From: Actinomycetota bacterium
Lineage (GTDB): Bacteria > Actinomycetota > UBA4738 > HRBIN12
DNA length: 64,000 nt
Reading direction: 5' to 3'
Assembly: GCA_038249195.1 (NCBI GenBank)
Contig: JBBRWM010000001.1
Span: 395,489-459,488 of the forward strand
The translations under genes were made by a program, and so were the position numbers. Positions 57,273 through 64,000 of the stretch are shown here, piece after piece. The notes under the pieces were generated by a model, which made no database searches, was not told the DNA's origin, and was given only the letters and a program-made list of their open reading frames with translations. Position 1 is the stretch's first letter; each line of letters starts with the position of its first letter.

Positions 57273-58970
57273 CTACTGGCGCGTGCCGGGAACACCGCTC
57301 GCGCGATCGCCACTGGACTTCTGCCCGTTGCTGCTCACGCCGACGGAGGAGGCGGGCAGGGCCATGTCGGAGCCTACGGACGGGCGCGACCCGCGGTCTG
57401 GTCCGTAGTACTCGTCGTAGCTCGCGTACCCGAGATAGCTCCGCTGCGCCGCGCTCACGTTGTTGTAGACCCCACCGATGATGGAGCCGCCCGCCGTGCG
57501 CAGCTGGCGAACGGCGTCCTCCAACGCGGTGCGGTTGGAGATGCTGGGGTCGTGAACGAAGAGCACCGCGTCGCTCTCCTCGGCCAGCACCGAGGCGTCG
57601 GCCACGGGCAGCACCGGGGGGGCGTCACACACCACGATGTCGGCGACGCGTCGCAACCCTTCGAACACCGCGTCCGCGTTCGGACCCGCCAGCAAGGAGA
57701 CGGGGTCCGGCGGGATCGAACCTGCGCCCACGATCCACAGGTTCTCCGTGTCCGTAGCCTGGATCACATCGACGAGATCGCGGGCACCCTCGAGGGCCTC
57801 GCGGAGGCCCGCCCGCTCCGTGACGCCGATGAATCGCGAGGCGCGCGGTCGACGCAGGTCGGCGTCCACCAATACGGTGCGCAGGCCCGTCTCGGCGAGG
57901 ATCACCGCGAGGTTCGCCGCCGTTGCGCTCTTGCCCTCCGTGGGCATCGCGCTGGTGACCACGAGGACCCGCAGCGGCTGCTGCGAGCGGAGGAACCGCA
58001 CGTTGGTGGCGAGCGTGCGGTATGCCTCTGAGGCGGGCGCACTGGGTTCCTCGCGCGTGATGAGCTCGGCTCGCTCCGCATGATCCCAGCCTTCGACGCG
58101 CGGGATCACGGCCATCACCGGGGCGCCGAGGTGCTGGGCGAGCTCGTCGCGACCGCCCACCTTGTTGTCGCGCAAGCCACGCACGATGGCCAGCGCGGCA
58201 CCGAGGATCGCGCCCACCACCAGGCCAAGCAGGACGGCGAGGGGCAGGTTCGGCCCGACCGGACCGCCGGGGGTGACGGCCGCCTGGATCACGCTCCCCC
58301 CTTGGCTCACGCTGCCCTGAGACTCCAGGTCGTCGATGCGCGCCTGCGAGTTGTCGATGCTCGTACTGAGGGTCTGGGCCTGCTGACGAAGCGCGGCGCC
58401 CTGCGCCGGGTTCTTGGTGATGCTGATCTGCCTCTCCAGATCTAAGTAGGCGTCCTGCTTGGTGCGCAGCGAGGTCTGGAGCGGCGTGATGGCCTGGGCG
58501 ACCTGATCGTGCACGATGCTTTGCCGCTGGGCGAGGTAGGCGTTCGCGAACGCGTTCGCGACGTCGGCTGCCACCTTCGGGTCGCTGGAGGTGAAACCGA
58601 TCGTCATCACGGTCGTATCGCGAACGACCGTCACCGAGACGCTCTTCACGAGCGCCTGCGACGATTGCGAGATCCCCAGGCTCTGCCGGACCTTGTCGGC
58701 GATGGTGATCGACTTCGCGACCTCCGCCTCGGTGAGCATGTCCGGCTCGAGCGTGCCCGCCGTGCTCCCGGGAACGGGGGTCACGGCGACGTTGATGAGC
58801 GGCGAGACCGCTACCTTGGCTTGCGCGTAGTAGACCTTGGGCTTGAGCAACACGTAGCCGGCGCTCAAGACCGCGATGATCAAGGCCGCCACGAGGACGG
58901 TGAGTCGCCGCGCCCTGATCATGTTCCAGTAGTCGCTGAGGTCGAGGATCCTGGTGGTTGGTTCGGACAC
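57273..58970 (-). CDS. Polysaccharide co-polymerase/tyrosine autokinase (Wzc-like)
   Basis: N-terminal Wzz-like periplasmic domain between two TM helices. C-terminal CapB/BY-kinase domain (Walker A TSAMPTEGKSATAANLA, Walker A', Walker B VVCDAPP) and a C-terminal Tyr cluster YLGYASYDEYYG. GTG start chosen. Confidence 0.85.
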   Translation of the reverse strand: MSEPTTRILDLSDYWNMIRARRLTVLVAALIIAVLSAGYVLLKPKVYYAQAKVAVSPLINVAVTPVPGSTAGTLEPDMLTEAEVAKSITIADKVRQSLGISQSSQALVKSVSVTVVRDTTVMTIGFTSSDPKVAADVANAFANAYLAQRQSIVHDQVAQAITPLQTSLRTKQDAYLDLERQISITKNPAQGAALRQQAQTLSTSIDNSQARIDDLESQGSVSQGGSVIQAAVTPGGPVGPNLPLAVLLGLVVGAILGAALAIVRGLRDNKVGGRDELAQHLGAPVMAVIPRVEGWDHAERAELITREEPSAPASEAYRTLATNVRFLRSQQPLRVLVVTSAMPTEGKSATAANLAVILAETGLRTVLVDADLRRPRASRFIGVTERAGLREALEGARDLVDVIQATDTENLWIVGAGSIPPDPVSLLAGPNADAVFEGLRRVADIVVCDAPPVLPVADASVLAEESDAVLFVHDPSISNRTALEDAVRQLRTAGGSIIGGVYNNVSAAQRSYLGYASYDEYYGPDRGSRPSVGSDMALPASSVGVSSNGQKSSGDRASGVPGTRQ

Positions 58971-59270
58971 TCCTGCTCCTGACGTGCGGCATCGCGCCCG
59001 GCGGGCGGCGGCCAGGCCGCGCAAGCGCCCATGATATCGGACACGAGCGGCGCTCCGCTCCCCGCTTTGGGCTAACTTCGTGGAGGTTTGTGCCTGTCGC
59101 CCGTCCTAGGTCTTCCGCCGCTCGTGCATCCCCGAAGGGCGAGAGTCCGACCGGGCTGTTGACCCTCCTACGGCGTCTATCGTACGTTTTCGGGCCGAGA
59201 GCACGCCCGCCACCCCGGAGCCGGATCCCGTCCCGTGGCCGAGACACGAACGCGCTGGAGGTTGTTCCCC

Positions 59271-59945
59271 ATGGCTACCACCCCCGAGACCCTGCCGATG
59301 CCCGACCCATCCGAGCGAGATCAGCCCGTGCGGGCGAACGTCGCCGAGCTCTACCTCGTGCGTCACGGAACGACGACCTTGAACGTGCAGAACCGGTACC
59401 GGGGTCGCCGCGACGTCCCGCTCGACGCGCAGGGATGGGCCGACGCGGTCGAGGCAGCACGCGCCCTCTCCCCGCTGAGCCTTGCGGCCGTGTACGCGGG
59501 GCCGCTGCGACGCACCATCAACACGGCACAGGTCATCGCGGACGAATGCAGGATCCCCGACGTGCGCATCTTGCATGGACTCATCAACCTCGACTACGGG
59601 ACGTGGGAGGGCATGACGTCCGAAGAGGCGGCCATGTACGACCCGGAGATGTTCAAGCGCTACAAGTCGGCCCCCGACTCGGCGATCTGCCCGAATGGGG
59701 AACGGCTGGCGGACGCTCAGGGCCGCATGATCGAGGCGGTGCAGTTGATCGGTGAACGGCACAAGGGGGAGCGTGTGGCGGGTATCACACACGCCGTCAT
59801 GATCCGGTTGGTGGCGTCGAAGCTGTTGGACCTGCCCGGTGAGGAGTGGCGCATCCCGGTGGGTCGCGGCTCGCTCACCAAATTCGAGGTAGAGAACGGT
59901 CAGATCCGCCTCGTGGAGATGCCCGCGGGCGACGACGTCGACTAG
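59271..59945 (+). CDS. Histidine phosphatase (phosphoglycerate mutase family)
   Basis: RHG motif LYLVRHGTT and catalytic His (GITHAVM). GGAGG RBS 9 nt upstream of the ATG. Confidence 0.75.
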   Translation: MATTPETLPMPDPSERDQPVRANVAELYLVRHGTTTLNVQNRYRGRRDVPLDAQGWADAVEAARALSPLSLAAVYAGPLRRTINTAQVIADECRIPDVRILHGLINLDYGTWEGMTSEEAAMYDPEMFKRYKSAPDSAICPNGERLADAQGRMIEAVQLIGERHKGERVAGITHAVMIRLVASKLLDLPGEEWRIPVGRGSLTKFEVENGQIRLVEMPAGDDVD

Positions 59946-60008
59946 CGGCCCGGCTCGGCGCGCCATGGCATCTCGAGCCACCGCCGAGCCCGTCGAGGCC
60001 AGAGCATC

Positions 60009-61301
60009 TTGACCTCATTGAGCGCCGAGAACGTCGCGCGGTTCCTGGTGGCACTCACGCTGTTGCTGGCGGCCGCCCACAGCGGTGGGTACCTGTTCGC
60101 GCGCTACCGCCAGCCCCGGGTGATCGGCGAGATCGCGGGCGGCCTGGTCCTGGGCCCGACGGTCCTTGGCGTCCTCGCGCCCGGTGTGGAGGCCTCCCTG
60201 TTCCCGTCCACGGGCGCGGTCCCGGTCGTGCTCGACGCCCTGTCCCAGCTCGGCCTTCTCCTGCTGATGTTCGGTGCCGGCACCGAGATGCGCTCGTCGT
60301 TCCGCACCGGCGAGCGTCGCACGGTCGGGGCCGTCACCATCGTGGGAGTGGCGTTGCCGGCGATCGTCGGCTTCGGGTTCGCCGCGCTGCTGCCCGACGG
60401 CTACGCCGTGGGCACCGCCGACGACCGCACCGCCTTCCTGTTGATCTTCGTCCTCGCGATCGCTGTGACGAGCATCCCGGTGATCTCCCGGATCATGTAC
60501 GACCTCGGCATCCTCGAGACGGCGTTCGCGCGCATCGTGCTCGCCGTGGCGGTCTTGGAGGACGTGATCGTGTACGTGGTCCTTACGATCGCGCTCGGGA
60601 TGGTCGCCTCAGGCTCAGGCGACGCCTTGGGTGTTCCCGCGCTCTTGGGCATCGAGCCGGGATCCGTCGCCAGCAGCGCGTTCCACGTCGTGGCCACGCT
60701 CGGCTTCCTCGGACTGGCGCTGTGGCTCGGCCCGCCGATCTACCGGCGCCTCGGTCGCTTCCGGTTCAACCTGGTGCGCCGGGGCAGCCAGATCGGCTTC
60801 CAGCTGGTCTTCATGCTGAGCGTGACCGTGATCGCGGTCCTGGTCGGGGTGGTCCCGCTGTTCGGGGCCTTCGTGGCGGGCATCGTGGTGGGGGCGTCCT
60901 CGGGGGACAAGGTGGTGGAAGCCCGGGAGACGATCCGCACGTTCTCGTTCGCCTTCTTCATCCCGATCTACTTCGCGATGGTTGGCCTTCGGCTCGACCT
61001 CGTGCACGCATTCAGCCCGTTATTCTTCATCGTGTTCCTCGCCGTGGCCTGCGTCGCGAAGTTCACGAGCGTGTGGATCGGCGCGCGCCTCGCGGGAGAA
61101 TCGGCGACCGGCGCGCGCAACCTCGCTGCCGCGCTGAACGCGCGAGGCGGGCCGGGGATCGTGCTGGCATCGGTGGCGCTGGGCGCCGGCATCATCGATC
61201 AGAGCTTCTACGCCTGTCTCGTCCTGCTCGCCATCCTCACGTCGCTCGCGGCGGGATCTTGGCTCGGCGCGGTGGTGCGCGCGGACAAGCCGTTGCGGTG
61301 A
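60009..61301 (+). CDS. Cation:proton antiporter (CPA2/Na+-H+ exchanger family)
   Basis: 12-13 TM helices with Na_H_Exchanger family patterns (IAGGLVLGPTVLG, LLLMFGAGTEM). TTG start. Confidence 0.85.
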   Translation: MTSLSAENVARFLVALTLLLAAAHSGGYLFARYRQPRVIGEIAGGLVLGPTVLGVLAPGVEASLFPSTGAVPVVLDALSQLGLLLLMFGAGTEMRSSFRTGERRTVGAVTIVGVALPAIVGFGFAALLPDGYAVGTADDRTAFLLIFVLAIAVTSIPVISRIMYDLGILETAFARIVLAVAVLEDVIVYVVLTIALGMVASGSGDALGVPALLGIEPGSVASSAFHVVATLGFLGLALWLGPPIYRRLGRFRFNLVRRGSQIGFQLVFMLSVTVIAVLVGVVPLFGAFVAGIVVGASSGDKVVEARETIRTFSFAFFIPIYFAMVGLRLDLVHAFSPLFFIVFLAVACVAKFTSVWIGARLAGESATGARNLAAALNARGGPGIVLASVALGAGIIDQSFYACLVLLAILTSLAAGSWLGAVVRADKPLR

Positions 61302-61365
61302 CCGCGGTAGACTCGGCCACGTTCGACCGCCCGCCCTCCCCCGCCGCACAGGAAGGATCCGAGCC

Positions 61366-61875
61366 TTGACATCCGCCAGATTCGTTACCTCCAAGGGCAG
61401 CTTCACGGCGCAGCTGATGCCGGAGCACGCCCCCGAAACCGTGCAGAACTTCGTGGATCTCGCTACCGGCGGGCGCGAATGGCAGGATCCTCGCGACGGC
61501 AAGACGAAGACCGATCCGCTCTATCCCGGCACGATCTTCCATCGCGTGATCGACAACTTCATGATCCAGGGCGGCGACCCGGCGGGCACGGGCATGGGCG
61601 GCCCCGGCTACCGGTTCGCCGACGAGTGCCCTGCGGGCGGACCAACCTTCAACCAGGTAGGCCGGCTCGCCATGGCGAACGCAGGTCCCGGCACGAACGG
61701 GAGCCAGTTCTTCGTGACCGTGGCGGAGACGCCGTGGCTGAACGGGAAACACACGATCTTCGGGCAGGTGACCGAGGGCTACGACGTGGTGGAGGCGATC
61801 ACCGCCGTGCCCAAAGGCTCCCAGGACCGCCCGGTCGAAGACGTGGTGATCGAGCGGATCGAGATCGCGGACTAG
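61366..61875 (+). CDS. Peptidyl-prolyl cis-trans isomerase, cyclophilin type
   Basis: Cyclophilin signatures FHRVIDNFMIQGGD, SQFFVT, HTIFGQV. TTG start. Confidence 0.9.
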   Translation: MTSARFVTSKGSFTAQLMPEHAPETVQNFVDLATGGREWQDPRDGKTKTDPLYPGTIFHRVIDNFMIQGGDPAGTGMGGPGYRFADECPAGGPTFNQVGRLAMANAGPGTNGSQFFVTVAETPWLNGKHTIFGQVTEGYDVVEAITAVPKGSQDRPVEDVVIERIEIAD

Positions 61876-62435
61876 TCGATATCAGACTCGAGGCCCCGCG
61901 ACCGCTCGGCGCCGTCGCGATCCCGTCGGTAGAGCAGGTGCAGGTGCGGCTGCGAACCCCAGATCGTCTCGCGCCACACCGTCATCCCGAGGTTGCGCGC
62001 GACACCGGCCGAGGGTGTGTTCGCGGGCAGGACCAACGCCACGACGTGGTCGATCGCGAGCGTCTCGAATACCCAGTCACGGCACGCGATCGCGGCCTCC
62101 GTCGCGATGCCCTGGCGGGCCCGCGCGGGGGTGATGGACCAGCCCAGCTCGACCTCGCTCACGCCATCGATCGACTGGGTCGCGGGACCGACGTTCCCCA
62201 GGAAGGCTCCCGAGCCGCGATCCTCCACGGCGAGCAACGCGAACCCGTCTCGCTCGTAGCGGGCCAGCATCCCATCGATCCACGCGCGGCTCTCCTCGAG
62301 CGAGAACGGGTGCGGGTAGAACCGCATGTGATGGGGATCGGCCTGGATCGCGTTGAGCGCTTCGGCGTCGCCGGGGACGAGGGGACGCAGGAGCAGGCGC
62401 TCGGTGTCGAGCGTGGGAGGCGACACGGGAGCCAT
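61872..62435 (-). CDS. GNAT-family N-acetyltransferase (RimJ/RimL-like)
   Basis: Acetyltransf_3-type pattern LLLRPLVPGDAEAL...ELGWSITPARARQGIATEA. Its 3' end overlaps the PPIase stop convergently. Confidence 0.8.
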   Translation of the reverse strand: MAPVSPPTLDTERLLLRPLVPGDAEALNAIQADPHHMRFYPHPFSLEESRAWIDGMLARYERDGFALLAVEDRGSGAFLGNVGPATQSIDGVSEVELGWSITPARARQGIATEAAIACRDWVFETLAIDHVVALVLPANTPSAGVARNLGMTVWRETIWGSQPHLHLLYRRDRDGAERSRGLESDID

Positions 62436-62482
62436 CCCGCGATGCTCCCATGGCGCGGTCTCGGCCGGACGGTGCGGCGCGG

Positions 62483-62527
62483 CCCACGGCTCGCTCGGTC
62501 GGCTCAGTCGGCTCAGTCGGCTCAGTC
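62483..62527. repeat. Tandem 9-bp repeat (GGCTCAGTC)x3 plus 1-2 degenerate copies
   Basis: ggctcgctc-ggtcggctc?.. then GGCTCAGTC GGCTCAGTC GGCTCAGTC. It spans the stop codon and 3' flank of the ferritin-like gene and sits upstream of the GNAT gene. Confidence 0.6.
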
Positions 62528-63580
62528 AGGGAAGAGCTGCGCAACCTGATCCAGCGTTTCCACCGTTGGCCCCAGATCGAAGTGCTCGGCGAGCCCGGCC
62601 GCGGACACCCGCATCTCGGCGAGCGGCATCGGCGCCCACGCGAACGGCGGCCCGGCGTGGTCCCCGCTGCCGTCCGGGATCGGCGTGCGGAGCAACGCCA
62701 TGGCGACGGGCTTCTGCACGTGGTTCATCAACGGAACCATGGCGTCGTCGATCAGCGGGCTCGCATCGCCCTCGACCCAGACCCGCTCCATGACTCGCAA
62801 CTGCAGGCCGTACGCGGCATCGAACAGCGCCGAGAGATCGCGCAGCGACCCGCCGGGCAGATCCTGCGTCCGCGGGTCACGGCGCATCGGGTAGACCTCG
62901 TCGATCGGGATCTCCCCGTCGACGATCCGGCGGAACCGCCAGTAGTGCGCGGGTTCCATCGCGCCCTCGAAGCCGTAGGGCTCAAGCGCGGCCTGCCCCG
63001 ACCCCTCGCCCTGTTCCACGACCTCCTCCACGGCCCGCAACGCGGACGCGGCGTCGCTGACGGCGAAGAGCGTTCCTCCGCCGTGCCCTTCGTAGCCCTT
63101 CGTGATCTGCCGCCCCGGGTCGCCGGTGAAGACGCCGTCCCCGAGGCGTTCGATCCCGCCCGATACGGCGTCGTAGAACTGACCCAGCGTGTCGTAGCGA
63201 TCCGTCTGCGGGCGCGAGCCGCGCAACTCGGGCTGCTCGATGCGCAGGAACACGTCGCGAACGAGGTCCACGGAGGCGCGTTCGAGATGCAGCACGAGGG
63301 GTGGATCCGGGTCGTGGTGCGGCATCGGTCCCGGGTATCGGGGCATCACATCGGGTCCCGCGAATCGTGGCTCGCCGCCCACCGCGGCCAGGACGTTCGC
63401 CGCCAGGGCCATGTGGAGCATCTCCTCGCGCACGACGTACTTGAACGTGAGGAACGACTCGGACTCCTGATCGCACACCGAGAGCATCGCGCACTGGTAC
63501 GGCGGGATGGTGGCGTGCTCCACCGTGATGGCCCACTGGAGGTGTCGCCGCAGGTCAGCGACGTCCGTGATCGGCATCAA
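62522..63580 (-). CDS. Ferritin-like domain protein
   Basis: N-terminal ferritin-like four-helix pattern (WAITVEHATIPPY...EEMLHMALAANVL). Function unknown. Confidence 0.55.
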   Translation of the reverse strand: MMPITDVADLRRHLQWAITVEHATIPPYQCAMLSVCDQESESFLTFKYVVREEMLHMALAANVLAAVGGEPRFAGPDVMPRYPGPMPHHDPDPPLVLHLERASVDLVRDVFLRIEQPELRGSRPQTDRYDTLGQFYDAVSGGIERLGDGVFTGDPGRQITKGYEGHGGGTLFAVSDAASALRAVEEVVEQGEGSGQAALEPYGFEGAMEPAHYWRFRRIVDGEIPIDEVYPMRRDPRTQDLPGGSLRDLSALFDAAYGLQLRVMERVWVEGDASPLIDDAMVPLMNHVQKPVAMALLRTPIPDGSGDHAGPPFAWAPMPLAEMRVSAAGLAEHFDLGPTVETLDQVAQLFPD

Positions 63581-63614
63581 CGATCGCCTCGTTCCGCTGC
63601 ACGACCCGACCCTA

Positions 63615-63645
63615 CCCGAGCCGGGACGCGCCTACCCGGCTCGGG
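63615..63645 (-). terminator. GC-rich hairpin immediately after typA stop (candidate terminator)
   Basis: CCCGAGCCGGG - 9-nt loop - CCCGGCTCGGG: a perfect 11-bp stem beginning at the typA stop codon. No U-tract, as is common in high-GC actinobacteria. Confidence 0.35.
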
Positions 63646-64000
63646 ACGACGCGCCGCGGCGTGCGGCCTTCGCGCGTTCTGACCGTCCGAGGGTCACCTT
63701 GCGCAGGCGCACATGGCTCGGCGTAACCTCCACGCATTCGTCCTCGCGGATGAACTCGAGCGCCTGTTCCAGCGACAGCTGGAGCTTCGGGATCAGCCGC
63801 ACCAGCTCCTCGGCGTTGGCCTTGCGCATGTTGGTCAGCTGCTTCTCCTTGGTGGGGTTCACGTCCATGTCGTCGGGGCGCGCGTTCTCACCCACGATCA
63901 TGCCCTCGTACACGTCCTCGCCCGGCCCCACGAACATCGCGCCACGCTCCTGCAGGTTCAGCAGCGCGAAGTTGGTGGTGACGCCCGCGCGATCCGCGAG
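63632..64000 (-). CDS. typA: GTP-binding protein TypA/BipA, C-terminal part (gene continues beyond window end)
   Basis: The C-terminus [37 protein letters not shown]...LRK matches the BipA C-terminal domain. The frame stays open upstream to the window edge. Confidence 0.85.
   Translation of the reverse strand, partial: LADRAGVTTNFALLNLQERGAMFVGPGEDVYEGMIVGENARPDDMDVNPTKEKQLTNMRKANAEELVRLIPKLQLSLEQALEFIREDECVEVTPSHVRLRKVTLGRSERAKAARRGASSRAG

Overview
High-GC (~70%) chromosomal DNA, most likely from an actinobacterium. The evidence is the M. tuberculosis-like SenX3/RegX3 and MutT1-like proteins, a Flp/Tad pilus locus, and the actinobacteria-specific trio of MSMEG_4193-family phosphomutase, DUF3090 and SCO1664-family protein. 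Coding density is very high, and adjacent genes very often overlap by 4 nt (ATGA/GTGA) or 1 nt. No mobile elements, CRISPR arrays, tRNA or rRNA genes were recognised.

Content, in order:
1. A storage-polymer block: cyanophycin cphB-cphA, then ppk1 - CYTH/CHAD - NUDIX/histidine-phosphatase (MutT1-like).
2. A phosphate-starvation block: pstSCAB-phoU-regX3-like response regulator - DUF47 - pitA on the minus strand, with the SenX3-like kinase split off and divergently transcribed. Each of the two promoter regions carries PhoP-type PHO boxes (GTTCAC-type direct repeats spaced 11 nt apart).
3. The conserved actinobacterial trio plus ogt, and a metal-export/protease stretch (lipoprotein, CDF transporter, rhomboid).
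4. A Flp/Tad pilus locus (flp-cpaE-tadA-tadB-tadC) next to a WbaP-like priming glycosyltransferase, preceded by three tandem LuxR-type response regulators whose receiver domains look degenerate.
5. The most unusual part: an approximately 15-kb glycan-assembly locus with four predicted sulfotransferases of at least two families, three glycosyltransferases, a Wzy-like polymerase, a Wzc-like tyrosine kinase, a secreted beta-propeller and two secreted purple-acid-phosphatase-like enzymes. This points to a sulfated cell-surface polysaccharide or glycoconjugate that has not been described for such organisms.

Smaller observations: a CorA C-terminal remnant coupled to a small REC-like ORF; a 75-aa membrane ORF GTGA-coupled to pitA; CGTACG-containing palindromes upstream of the flp pilin gene and of a small secreted protein; a possible riboswitch-like leader upstream of a secreted transglycosylase; and a 9-bp tandem repeat. 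Coordinates derived by hand rather than from the ORF track may be off by 1-2 nt.
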